Positions 49,419 through 59,216 of a DNA stretch of 64,000 nucleotides are shown here, one piece after another (within the stretch, counting starts at the first letter, position 1; each line of letters opens with the position of its first letter). This DNA comes from Aulosira sp. ZfuVER01 (lineage in GTDB: Bacteria; Cyanobacteriota; Cyanobacteriia; Cyanobacteriales; Nostocaceae): contig JAVRCV020000041.1 of NCBI GenBank assembly GCA_034530615.2, positions 32,001 to 96,000 on the forward strand, in the 5' to 3' direction. A program made the translations under genes and the position numbers. Below the pieces are notes generated by a model that did no database searches, was not told the DNA's origin, and saw nothing but the letters and a program-made list of their open reading frames with translations.

Positions 49419-49721
49419 ATGAGCGACTCCCTAGGACAATACAACGGTCAACCACAACCAAGTAGGCTTGAGCAAATAGAAGTGCTGCTACTACAAACTA
49501 CTGCTAGCTTGAATCGCGTATCTCAACAGCAGGAAGTGAACATCCAAGCGATCGCCCAGCTTGGCGACAAAATTGACCGATTAGCCGATAGGCAAGAGCA
49601 TTTTCAGGTGCAAGTAGAGGAAAGCATTAGTGAGTTAATCAAAACCATTGATTACGCTGTTGATCGGACTAAAGAACTGGTTAGGCGTTTCCTGAAACGA
49701 AGCAGTAATGGACACGAGTAG
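49419..49721 (+). CDS. Hypothetical coiled-coil protein
   Basis: 100 aa, heptad-like Q/E/L/I-rich; AAAGG upstream. Confidence 0.6.
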   Translation: MSDSLGQYNGQPQPSRLEQIEVLLLQTTASLNRVSQQQEVNIQAIAQLGDKIDRLADRQEHFQVQVEESISELIKTIDYAVDRTKELVRRFLKRSSNGHE

Positions 49722-49863
49722 ACAAGGTTTGAAACGTAAAAAATAAATTTAGGGGCTGCTCAATCATTTTTTCTTTCTTTTACCATTTAACTGTTGCTTT
49801 GTTCGGTGAAGAATGTGCCACTTCACGCTATCCTAGTACTTCGTTTGAATTAGTTGTGAACTT

Positions 49864-50463
49864 GTGATTAAGAATGATATCTGGATTACTCAAATGGCTC
49901 AAAAGGGTATGATTTCGCCTTTTGAGCCAACTTTAATCCGAAAAGTGCAGCAAAACCCAGAAATAGGGACTAAACCAGTAATTAGCTATGGTTTATCTTC
50001 TTATGGCTACGATATCCGCCTTTCATCATCTGAGTTCCGCATTTTTCGCCACATTCCTGGAACTGTCATTGATCCGAAAAACTTTAATCCGCAGAATCTA
50101 GAATCAACGCCTTTACATACAGATGTTAATGGTAGTTATTTTATACTGCCTGCTCACTCCTATGGTTTAGGTGTAGCCTTAGAAAAGCTAGAGGTTCCAA
50201 ACAATATCACTGTGATATGTATAGGGAAATCCACTTATGCCCGTTGTGGCATAATTGCAAATTTAACCCCTGCTGAGGCGGCTTGGCGAGGTCATCTTAC
50301 CTTAGAGTTCTCCAATTCTTCTAGTGCTGACTGTCGCATCTATGCCAATGAAGGAGTAGTACAGTTGCTATTTTTAGAAGGCGAACCCTGCGCTATCAGT
50401 TACGAAGCCCGTCAAGGCAAATACCAGGATCAGGTAGAAATGGTGACGCTAGCAAAAGTCTAA
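49864..50463 (+). CDS. dcd: dCTP deaminase
   Basis: ISYGLSSYGYD, GKSTYARCG, LTLEFSN, YANEG. Confidence 0.93.
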   Translation: MIKNDIWITQMAQKGMISPFEPTLIRKVQQNPEIGTKPVISYGLSSYGYDIRLSSSEFRIFRHIPGTVIDPKNFNPQNLESTPLHTDVNGSYFILPAHSYGLGVALEKLEVPNNITVICIGKSTYARCGIIANLTPAEAAWRGHLTLEFSNSSSADCRIYANEGVVQLLFLEGEPCAISYEARQGKYQDQVEMVTLAKV

Positions 50464-50485
50464 TTTTAGAATTGGAGTACAGCAA

Positions 50486-51208
50486 CTAGGGTGCTAATCT
50501 CGCTTTACCTAAACGAGATTTTTCATACCATTCTGCGATCGCGGGCACCCAGTCTGCAAAATGGGGCCACATCATTTCACACAACTTTTGAATTTCGAGT
50601 TGAGCATCTTTCTTGTTTCTCAAGTCGCAAAAATGTAAGAAAGACCGAAGATTGAAACTCACTACAAAATGCTGGCGATAATCAAAAGGCATTTTTCCTC
50701 TTACGTGTTCCTCAGACATACCAGCCTCAAAATCAGCATTGTATTGCTTGGCTGCTTCAAAACACCACTCTAAATCTGCTGCTCTTTTCTCTGGTGAATA
50801 ATAGTACTTTTTGCCTTGTCTATCAGTGTAGTAACCAACAGGACGCAGATAAAAAACATCTTCGATGTCTTTCTTGCCTTCTACTACATCAATAAATTGA
50901 TTACCTGTGTATCTAAAAGATTGTACATCAAAGGATACGCCTACCCTATGAGTACGCGCCTGCTGCATCACACTGTGGGGAAAGTAGCCACAGTTAAAGA
51001 CAATCTGGGGATGCTCTAAAGGCCCGTAATGTCCCCTTTCACCTGCTAAAAGTCGCTTAACAATAATTTCGCCGCTTTGTGACTCTGACGGCCAAGAGTC
51101 CCGTTCGTCATAAACGAATCCCTCAGTATAGTCTTGGTGCATGGCGGCATAAATCACCTGCTGGGGATTGGGTGTTTTGCTGATAACTTCTACGCGAAAT
51201 CGATCCAT
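50486..51208 (-). CDS. thyX: FAD-dependent thymidylate synthase
   Basis: GHYGPLEH, QARTHRVGVSFDVQSFRY ThyX motif, NLRSFLHF, AQLEI. Confidence 0.93.
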   Translation of the reverse strand: MDRFRVEVISKTPNPQQVIYAAMHQDYTEGFVYDERDSWPSESQSGEIIVKRLLAGERGHYGPLEHPQIVFNCGYFPHSVMQQARTHRVGVSFDVQSFRYTGNQFIDVVEGKKDIEDVFYLRPVGYYTDRQGKKYYYSPEKRAADLEWCFEAAKQYNADFEAGMSEEHVRGKMPFDYRQHFVVSFNLRSFLHFCDLRNKKDAQLEIQKLCEMMWPHFADWVPAIAEWYEKSRLGKARLAP

Positions 51209-51320
51209 GAGCTAGTTAAAACTTGATTATGGGCTAGGAATCCATGAGAACGATTCATTATCATAGCCCTTTGACTTCATCATCAGCAGACTCATTTAGT
51301 TTACAAAAATTAATAATTGC

Positions 51321-51338
51321 GTTACACTTCGTTACATA
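51321..51338 (+). promoter_or_regulatory. HLR1 (RpaB-binding) direct repeat upstream of the hli gene
   Basis: GTTACACT-tc-GTTACATA fits (G/T)TTACA(T/A)(T/A)-N2 repeat with one mismatch; another TTTACAAA at 51300. Confidence 0.7.
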
Positions 51339-51361
51339 GTGATTCAAAACGGGAAAATCTT

Positions 51362-51577
51362 ATGCGTACAAATGCTTCTATCATTGACGACCAGGGTTTA
51401 ATGAACAACTTTGCGATCGAGCCAAAGGTGTATGTAGATGAGCAAGGTAATCGCACTGGGTTTACAAACTATGCAGAACTCCTCAACGGTCGTTTAGCAA
51501 TGATTGGTTTTGTGGCTCTCATCGCTTTAGAAGTTTTCACAGGACACGGGATCTTTGGTTTGTTAGCAAATCTGTAA
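51362..51577 (+). CDS. hli: High-light-inducible protein (CAB/ELIP/HLIP)
   Basis: [13 protein letters not shown] chlorophyll-binding motif. Start moved to ATG 51362. Confidence 0.92.
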   Translation: MRTNASIIDDQGLMNNFAIEPKVYVDEQGNRTGFTNYAELLNGRLAMIGFVALIALEVFTGHGIFGLLANL

Positions 51578-51627
51578 AAGCTAATTTAAATTGCTTATTT
51601 TATTTAATTAATTTTTTTAACAAGCGC

Positions 51628-51651
51628 AGAGACGGTAGATTTCCCGTCTCT
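51628..51651 (+). terminator. REP-like hairpin / terminator after hli
   Basis: AGAGACGG-tagatttc-CCGTCTCT. Confidence 0.55.
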
Positions 51652-51731
51652 AAATTTTTGGAAAATTTAATGGTATTTTGAAAACATCTGATAAAACCAG
51701 AAGTTTTCAGGGTAAATATATCAGGTAAATT

Positions 51732-52313
51732 ATGACTTTAACTGCTTCTACAATGTTGCCTTTAGGCACAATTGCTCCAGATTTTCATCTACCAGAAGTA
51801 GTATCTGGAGAGGTAATTTCTCTGGCTAATTTTGCCGATAAAAAAGCATTGTTAGTCATGTTTGTTTGTCGGCATTGTCCATTTGTCAAGCACGTTCAAA
51901 AGCAATTAGCGCTGCTAGGAGAAGATTATTTCAACAGCGATTTAGGAATAGTTGCTATTAGTGCTAATGATGCAAAAAACTATCCAGATGATGCACCAGA
52001 GTCGTTAAAAGCAATGGCAACAGAACTAGGGTTTAAATTTCCCTTGTGCTACGACGAAACTCAGGAAACTGCTAAGGCTTATACAGCAGCTTGCACTCCT
52101 GATTTTTTTGTATTTGATGGCGAACGCAAACTTGTTTATCGTGGGCAATTAGATGATAGCCGACCCAGTAATAACAAACCTGTAACGGGTGCCGATTTAC
52201 GTGCAGCTATTGAGGCGGTGCTGACAGATAAACCTCTATTAGATGAGCAAAACCCTAGTATTGGATGCAATATCAAGTGGAAAGCTGGTAATGCACCCAG
52301 TTATTTTGGTTGA
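51732..52313 (+). CDS. Thioredoxin-fold (AhpC/TSA-like) protein
   Basis: CRHCPFV, AACTPDFF, YRGQLDD, SIGCNIKW. Confidence 0.88.
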   Translation: MTLTASTMLPLGTIAPDFHLPEVVSGEVISLANFADKKALLVMFVCRHCPFVKHVQKQLALLGEDYFNSDLGIVAISANDAKNYPDDAPESLKAMATELGFKFPLCYDETQETAKAYTAACTPDFFVFDGERKLVYRGQLDDSRPSNNKPVTGADLRAAIEAVLTDKPLLDEQNPSIGCNIKWKAGNAPSYFG

Positions 52314-52416
52314 TTAAACTCTAACTTGAAAATGGGGCATTTAGTATATAGTTTATCCCCTTGTTGTTGGCTTTTGCCTGTGATTAACTAATAAATCGAC
52401 AGATGCCAGAATAAAA

Positions 52417-52456
52417 ATTCACCCTCGCTATAATTTCTAAACTAGTGAGGGTGAAT
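52417..52456. terminator. Hairpin between convergent genes
   Basis: ATTCACCCTCgCTA...TAGtGAGGGTGAAT. Confidence 0.65.
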
Positions 52457-52468
52457 GTAAATTTGCGA

Positions 52469-52981
52469 TTAGTGTTTTATTTCTAAATTGAGGATGTAGC
52501 GTCCCAATTGGACTTTTTCTGCCCACAATTCGTATTCTATTCGCAAATGCTCTGGCAAAGATTGTCCACTGAGCACCATTGCAGTCGTAAAATTACGTAG
52601 GCGTATCGGATCGTTAGGTTGCAATGACTCGTTTGGCAACCAATAACGGCTTACACCATAAACACCCTGTTCCCAGAAGTGGCGATAACTCACCTGAGCG
52701 TTACCTTGCATGGTCATGATTACCCGATAAGGGGAAATCTCCAGCCATAAAATCCTCGGACTGCTGGGTGCATAAGCATTGCTCCTTTTTTGGGGAGGCG
52801 TGTCCTCTGGATTTAGTGAACTTACTATTTCGCAACTTATTAAAGGCGGTGCAGTCAAAAGTAAATGAAATCGATCGGTATCTTTTTGATACAATGTTCC
52901 GGCAGTTTCCACAACAGACCAGACTGGCAGGTCAGTGGAAATAAGTGATAAGCACACGGGCTTGCGGTGATGGGTCAGCAT
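52469..52981 (-). CDS. Conserved-looking hypothetical protein
   Basis: 170-aa ATG ORF with globular composition (WLEISPYRV, YRHFWEQG); no recognised family. Confidence 0.7.
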   Translation of the reverse strand: MLTHHRKPVCLSLISTDLPVWSVVETAGTLYQKDTDRFHLLLTAPPLISCEIVSSLNPEDTPPQKRSNAYAPSSPRILWLEISPYRVIMTMQGNAQVSYRHFWEQGVYGVSRYWLPNESLQPNDPIRLRNFTTAMVLSGQSLPEHLRIEYELWAEKVQLGRYILNLEIKH

Positions 52982-53499
52982 GGGAGCGATAAGGGCTAAA
53001 AGCTATTGAACAAAAAGAAATCAACACCAGGGTCTCTAGCAGGTCAGGATCAGAAACTAAACAGTGAAACATGCTTAGATATTAACTGAATCTGCTTATT
53101 TGGTAAGGCAGATAAATAAAAATGAAAATAGTTAGGGTACGAATTTAAAAAGCAAAAACTGTGATTTTTATCCGGAAAGGTAATTTCAAAGTAAATTTAT
53201 TGAATATATTGTAAATAATCTTCAGATTACGGAATTAATATAGCTGGACTATTTGCGCAAACACAAGAAGAACGATTTTTGTAGCTTCTAGAAGTGTAGA
53301 GAGCTAACAACTGAACATCAAATTTATTAAGATTGGTAAGAGAAAGCTGACGCTTTCAATAGGTAAAAATATCTATTTTGGAAGATTTGATTAATTTTTA
53401 TAGAGCAAAAGGCGATAGGATACTAGGGAGGAAGTCAACAGCTGCGGCACACGTAGTCGCTTATGTGCTTCCATTGTATTCAAAAGCCAGTGTATTCTA

Positions 53500-54849
53500 A
53501 TGTCGGCTGCTGTCATAACCGTAGAAACGCAAACAGACCTTTCTCATAATTTAATTATCCAGCGACCTCCCTTTGGGCTATCCTTGCACGGTCGTATTCG
53601 GGTTCCAGGTGATAAATCTATTTCTCACCGTGCTTTGATGTTGGGTGCAATAGCCCAAGGTGAAACTGAAATTCAAGGACTTCTCTTAGGAGAAGACCCG
53701 CGCAGTACTGCTAGTTGTTTTCAAGCAATGGGCGCGGAAATTTCTGAACTCAACACAGATTTAGTCCGAGTTAAAGGTATTGGACTGGGGAATTTACAAG
53801 AGCCAGTTGATGTGTTGAATGCTGGAAATTCTGGTACTACATTGCGTTTGATGTTGGGACTTTTGGCATCGCATCCAGGGCGCTTTTTTACAGTAACAGG
53901 TGATAGTTCCTTGCGATCGCGTCCTATGTCTCGCGTAGTTAAACCTTTGCAACAAATGGGGGCGCAAATTTGGGGACGCAAAGGAAATTCTTTAGCACCC
54001 CTAGCAATTGCTGGACAAGCCCTCAAACCAATTCACTATCATTCCCCTATCGCCTCTGCCCAAGTTAAATCCTGTATCCTCCTGGCTGGGCTGGCAACTG
54101 AGGGTAAAACAACTGTTACAGAACCCGCCCTTTCTCGCGACCATAGTGAAAGAATGTTACGGGCGTTTGGTGCAGAACTCAGCGTTGACTCCGAAACCAA
54201 TAGCGTAACGATTACCGGGCCAGCACAACTTTATGGGCAAAAGGTGATTGTTCCAGGTGATATTAGTTCAGCAGCCTTTTGGTTAGTCGCTGGAGCAATT
54301 GTCCCTGGTTCAGAATTGGTAGTAGAAAATGTGGGCGTTAATCCCACCCGCACCGGCATATTAGAAGCTTTAGCGTTGATGGGAGCAGATATTCAACTGG
54401 AAAATCAGCGAGAAGTCGCGGGTGAACCAGTAGCGGATATTAGAGTGCGTTCCAGTAATTTAAAAAGCTGCACGATCGCAGGTGAGATCATACCCAGAAT
54501 GATTGATGAAATTCCGATTTTGGCAGTAGCAGCAGTATTTGCTCAAGGAACAACAATTATTCGCGATGCAGCAGAGTTAAGAGTTAAGGAAAGCGATCGC
54601 ATTACTGTAATGGCCCAGCAACTCAATAAAATGGGAGCTAAGGTCAGCGAACTACCCGATGGGATGGAAATTACAGGCGGTACTCCCTTAGTTGGTAGCG
54701 ATGTAGATAGCCATACAGATCATCGCATTGCTATGAGTTTAGCGATCGCGGCTTTGGTCGCCTCTGGAATCACTAAGATTCACCGTGCAGAAGCAGCAGC
54801 GATTTCCTACCCCGGATTCTTTAATACCCTGACAGCGATTATTAACTAG
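53500..54849 (+). CDS. aroA: 3-phosphoshikimate 1-carboxyvinyltransferase
   Basis: [42 protein letters not shown]. Confidence 0.97.
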   Translation: MSAAVITVETQTDLSHNLIIQRPPFGLSLHGRIRVPGDKSISHRALMLGAIAQGETEIQGLLLGEDPRSTASCFQAMGAEISELNTDLVRVKGIGLGNLQEPVDVLNAGNSGTTLRLMLGLLASHPGRFFTVTGDSSLRSRPMSRVVKPLQQMGAQIWGRKGNSLAPLAIAGQALKPIHYHSPIASAQVKSCILLAGLATEGKTTVTEPALSRDHSERMLRAFGAELSVDSETNSVTITGPAQLYGQKVIVPGDISSAAFWLVAGAIVPGSELVVENVGVNPTRTGILEALALMGADIQLENQREVAGEPVADIRVRSSNLKSCTIAGEIIPRMIDEIPILAVAAVFAQGTTIIRDAAELRVKESDRITVMAQQLNKMGAKVSELPDGMEITGGTPLVGSDVDSHTDHRIAMSLAIAALVASGITKIHRAEAAAISYPGFFNTLTAIIN

Positions 54850-54879
54850 TAGTCGGTTCAGTTAATCGAAACTTTGCCT

Positions 54880-54913
54880 AATTCATTCCCAAATACTATG
54901 GGAATGAATTTTT
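54880..54913 (+). terminator. Intrinsic terminator of aroA
   Basis: AATTCATTCCCA-aatacta-TGGGAATGAATT followed by Ts. Confidence 0.7.
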
Positions 54914-55286
54914 ATATAGACTAGTGATTAGAACTGCAAACTCTCAACCCTAATTTGTTTTTATAATAAGTTTTATTTAGTTGTTTTTGCGTGACTATAG
55001 ACATTTTCTATAGCATGAATGAAAAAATAAAAAATTGCTTCTAAAGCTATTGGTAGGATTATCAATAACTCTGCTGAAGTATTTAACAAATAGTAATAAT
55101 CATTTACTTAATGTTGTAATAAGTGTGAATTAAATAATTCTGCAATTATTACAACCTATTTACTTGAGATTCCATATTATTTTTTCAACATTTGCCTGTA
55201 TGATATTGGCTAAAATCAATCTGAAATCCAAAGCAAGTTAAACTACTTGCGTAGATTCAAGATTTTGCGTTGGGGAAAATACAATT

Positions 55287-55634
55287 ATGGGCTGGTTACA
55301 AAGACTTTTTGGCATGGAAAAACCAGAAGATGCTCAAGTTAACCCTGAGCCAAGTTTCGTTGCTGAAGACTCTGGTGAAGAATCCATTGCTCCTGAAAGA
55401 CAGGGACTGAATGGAGAATATGACCAAAGTGGTTTAGCAAAAAGAGTTGCCCTTGCTTTTGATGAAGATTCTCAGTTCGATGATATTGATAGCCTTTATG
55501 TGGCTCAGACAGGAGGTACAGTAGTTTTAAAAGGATCGGTACCTTCTCAAGATATTTTAGATCAAATGGTCGAGATTGCTAGGGGAGTTAGTGGTGCTAC
55601 TGATGTTCAAACCGACCAAGTTACAGTTGGCTAG
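55287..55634 (+). CDS. Single BON-domain protein with amphipathic N-terminus
   Basis: GLAKRVALAF...GTVVLKGSV...ARGVSGA..V BON pattern; MGWLQRLFG N-terminus. Confidence 0.8.
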   Translation: MGWLQRLFGMEKPEDAQVNPEPSFVAEDSGEESIAPERQGLNGEYDQSGLAKRVALAFDEDSQFDDIDSLYVAQTGGTVVLKGSVPSQDILDQMVEIARGVSGATDVQTDQVTVG

Positions 55635-55800
55635 AACAGTTTTTTAATTAATGGCTGATTAATTTCCATAAGCTAACCAATTGTCAATAGAATTGATTTT
55701 TGGTTTTTCAGAGCAAATTAATTTAGGCAGCACTATTGTTTAAGTGGTGTCTAAATCATTGATCAATATCACCTTGATTTTTCTTAGTAATAGACATTCC

Positions 55801-56187
55801 ATGAACACTCAAAATAAACTACGTCGATTTAGTATTGGGCTGACATTATTAACTATTGTAATGTTAGCTAGCTGTGGTAATAAACCTGAAGAATCGGCTA
55901 CTACTAACACCGAAAAACCAACTGCTGTTTCTCAAGTTAAGCCTACTGCTAACAGTGGAACTACTGCTGCGATTCCAGCAGACGCACAAAAGCTAGGGGT
56001 GAAACCTCAAGGTGAAACGGCTTGTCCTAGCAATGCACCTATCAAGGGTAAAATTACTAAAAAACGAGGCAATATCTACCATATTGCTAAGTCGCCTGAT
56101 TATGCAAAAGTGAAACCAGACATCTGCTTTAAAGATACAGCAACTGCGGAAAAAGCTGGTTTCCGTGCGCCTAAGTCAGGAGGCTAG
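55801..56187 (+). CDS. Lipoprotein with C-terminal Ada-like/sunset-type small domain
   Basis: Lipobox LASC; C..PIKG...IYH...Y...PDICF....AEKAGFR. Start moved to ATG 55801. Confidence 0.7.
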   Translation: MNTQNKLRRFSIGLTLLTIVMLASCGNKPEESATTNTEKPTAVSQVKPTANSGTTAAIPADAQKLGVKPQGETACPSNAPIKGKITKKRGNIYHIAKSPDYAKVKPDICFKDTATAEKAGFRAPKSGG

Positions 56188-56240
56188 CTATCTTTTTTCG
56201 ATAATTGATAGTACCAATTTGCGATTTTAGATTTTTGATT

Positions 56241-56269
56241 TTAGAGGCGTTGTATTGCAACGTCTCTAA
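56241..56269. repeat. REP-like palindrome at the end of the ATPase gene
   Basis: TTAGAGgCGTTG-tattg-CAACGtCTCTAA. Confidence 0.65.
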
Positions 56270-58858
56270 CTATTTATGCACGGATTTTTGTCTGCGCCAA
56301 ATCTTGAGTCCTTCAAACCACAAAATACTGAACACCCCAGAAACTAAACTAATTACCAAATCTTCAAAATGTAGAAAAGAAAACCTGAATAGATGCCGCA
56401 AAAGCGGAACATAAAGTACTAATCCCAAAAATACTACACCACCGCCAATCACCCACCAGAGTGCTGTATTCGGGGAACGTAACATTTCTGGAATTGTCCG
56501 CGACCAGGAACGATTGGTGAGAATCATGCTGAGGTTAGAAATAATCAGGGTAGTAAAAGCTAGGGCACGGGCGTCTAGTTCGCCATTACCTCGGTAAAAT
56601 GCGATCGCAAATACTGCCACCAACACCACCAATACACTCACCCCTTGCAACAGTGCTAATTTCCAGGTCTGAGGGCTAAATAATGGTTCTCTGGGGTTGC
56701 GCGGTGGACGGGTCATGATATTGCTTTCTTCTGGTTCCGCCTCAAACACCACTGTACAAGCTGGATCGATAATTAGGTGTAAAAAAGCAATATGAACTGG
56801 CAGCAATACCAAAGGCCAATGAAACATCACGGGAATTAGTGACATCCCCGCAATCGGGACGTGAACCGCCAAGGTATAAGCCATGCCTTTTTTGAGGTTG
56901 TCAAATATCCTCCGTCCCAATCTCACAGACTGGACAATTGAGGAGAAGTCATCATCTAGCAATACTAAATCCGCAGATTCACGGGCAACGTCTGTGCCGC
57001 GTTCGCCCATAGCAATCCCAATATCGGCTGATTTCAGGGCTGGGGCATCATTTACTCCATCTCCTGTCATCGCCACAATTTCGCCATTGCGTTTGAGGGC
57101 GTTAACAATCAGCAGTTTTTGCTCTGGTACTACCCGCGCAAAGATATTCACCGTTTGTATCCGCGAACGTAATTGTGCTTCATCCATCTGTTCCAGTTCT
57201 GCACCAGTGATGACTTCAGTAGTTGGTGTCAGTCCGATTTGACTGGCGATGTTTTGGGCAGTTGCCGGATAATCGCCTGTAATCATGACTACGCGAATTC
57301 CAGCAGCGTAACATTCAGCGATCGCCTTTTTGACTGTTGGACGCACAGGGTCGGCTAATCCCACCAATCCTACAAACTCAAATTCAAAATTATGCTGTCC
57401 ATCAGGTAAAGTGTTCTGCTGTAGGGCTGGATCGTGCAGCCTTGTAGCTTTAGCCACACCTAAAACCCGCAAGCCAGCCGCAGCCATTGTACTGATTTGC
57501 TGTTCTAGATCGTGTAATTGCTCAGTATTAAAGTGGCAGAGATCCGCGATCGCTTCTGGTGCGCCTTTAGCGGCGATTGTTAAGTTACCTGTGGAAGATT
57601 GCCAAACACAAGACATTGCCAACAACTGACCACAAAGGGGATACTCGCGCTGTAATTCCCAATCATCATGCAAATGTTCAGTCTTTGCTAAGTAATGCTC
57701 ACCCATTTGTCGCAGGGCTTTCTCCATCGGATCGAAGGGGTCTTTCCGACTCGCCAAAATGCCAAACTCGATTAACTGATGAAAGTCTTCTGGTAATGAT
57801 TCGCGTTCGTGTAGGGTGACATCATAAAAACAGGCTGCTGAATTTTGATACACAAACATTTGTTGAACCGACATCCGGTTAAATGTGAGTGTGCCAGTTT
57901 TATCTACACAGAGGACTGTTGCAGAACCCAATGTCTCAACTACCGGAATGCGCCGAGTTAAAACTCTTTGTAAGGAAAATCGCCATGCACCCAATGCTAA
58001 AAAAATTGCTAATACTACAGGAATCTCATTAGGCAAAATCGCCATCGCCAGTGCCAATCCGGCGAGAAAACCTTGTAACCAATCACCTCTAGTCGCCCCG
58101 TAAATTACTACAACTGCAACGCAGATGGCGATCGCGACAAATGTAAGTTTGCTAACAATGCGCCTAGTCTCTTTTTCCAGAACAGTATCTTCCGGTTGCA
58201 CTGTTTGCAAGGCTTTACCAATCTTGCCCATTTCGGTGTGGATACCCGTTGCTTGTACTTTGGCAATACCTTGACCTTGTACCACCAAGGTTCCAGAGTA
58301 AACAAAAGGTAGATCGTCACCACCAGGACGTTGGGGTATAACATCTTGAGTATTACTCACAGCTACTTTTCTAACTGGTAAAGACTCCCCTGTGAGTAAA
58401 GACTCATCAACTGTGATATTTGTAGACCACAACAAAATAGCATCAGCAGGCACGCGATCACCTTCTGAAAGTACCAGCAAATCCTCCCGTACCACTTCTC
58501 GCCCCGGAATCCGTTGACGTTCCCCATCGCGGATGACTAAAGCACGGGGACTGGAAAGGTCGCGTAATGCTTCTAGAGAGTGTTCGGTTTTTTGTTCTTG
58601 ATATAAGTTAATACCGATGATGAAGAACACAAAACCCAGCAATATCAAGGCTTCTTGAACATCACCGAGGAATAAGTAAATTACACCACAGCCAACCAGC
58701 AACAAAAAGATTGGCTCTTGGACAATTTCCCACGCGATCGCCCAGATAGTGCGATGGACAGTTGAAGGTAGTTCATTATACCCCTCTTGCTTTAGGCGAT
58801 CGGCTACTTCCGATGCAGATAGCCCTGTCAGAGTCTTGAGATCGGGTTGATAAACCAT
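56270..58858 (-). CDS. Cation-translocating P-type ATPase (type II-like)
   Basis: TGES, DKTGTLT, KGAPE, MITGD, GDGVNDAPAL; about 10 TM. Start set at ATG 58858. Confidence 0.9.
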   Translation of the reverse strand: MVYQPDLKTLTGLSASEVADRLKQEGYNELPSTVHRTIWAIAWEIVQEPIFLLLVGCGVIYLFLGDVQEALILLGFVFFIIGINLYQEQKTEHSLEALRDLSSPRALVIRDGERQRIPGREVVREDLLVLSEGDRVPADAILLWSTNITVDESLLTGESLPVRKVAVSNTQDVIPQRPGGDDLPFVYSGTLVVQGQGIAKVQATGIHTEMGKIGKALQTVQPEDTVLEKETRRIVSKLTFVAIAICVAVVVIYGATRGDWLQGFLAGLALAMAILPNEIPVVLAIFLALGAWRFSLQRVLTRRIPVVETLGSATVLCVDKTGTLTFNRMSVQQMFVYQNSAACFYDVTLHERESLPEDFHQLIEFGILASRKDPFDPMEKALRQMGEHYLAKTEHLHDDWELQREYPLCGQLLAMSCVWQSSTGNLTIAAKGAPEAIADLCHFNTEQLHDLEQQISTMAAAGLRVLGVAKATRLHDPALQQNTLPDGQHNFEFEFVGLVGLADPVRPTVKKAIAECYAAGIRVVMITGDYPATAQNIASQIGLTPTTEVITGAELEQMDEAQLRSRIQTVNIFARVVPEQKLLIVNALKRNGEIVAMTGDGVNDAPALKSADIGIAMGERGTDVARESADLVLLDDDFSSIVQSVRLGRRIFDNLKKGMAYTLAVHVPIAGMSLIPVMFHWPLVLLPVHIAFLHLIIDPACTVVFEAEPEESNIMTRPPRNPREPLFSPQTWKLALLQGVSVLVVLVAVFAIAFYRGNGELDARALAFTTLIISNLSMILTNRSWSRTIPEMLRSPNTALWWVIGGGVVFLGLVLYVPLLRHLFRFSFLHFEDLVISLVSGVFSILWFEGLKIWRRQKSVHK

Positions 58859-59216
58859 AACTGTAAATTGATACAAATGAGAATCTCAAAGCCTTCAAGA
58901 CTGAAAAATCAAAATCAAAAGATTAATATCTGCAAGCTTTACCTAATGAATGAGCTAGTTCTGGCTTGAGGTTAAACAAGAAAATTGAGGATCTTGTGAG
59001 GGAAGTCACAGTTGTGGTTGCAATCAATTTCCGAGTTTTCTTAATTTCTGAAATCTCTGAGAAAAGTCGTAGGCTAATTGTTAAATCTAAACGTTAATCT
59101 ATGGGTTATATTAAAAAATATTGGTAAAATACGACACTTACAAGAGCGCTGTCATAGGAACAAAAGTTGCCTCTACAGGCTCTAATGATTTTACCTCTAG
59201 ATATAAAAATTTACTT

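Noticed and set aside
53171..53176. TCCGGA (DIF1-like motif) in the spacer before aroA
   Set aside because: Same reason: unsupported 6-mer.
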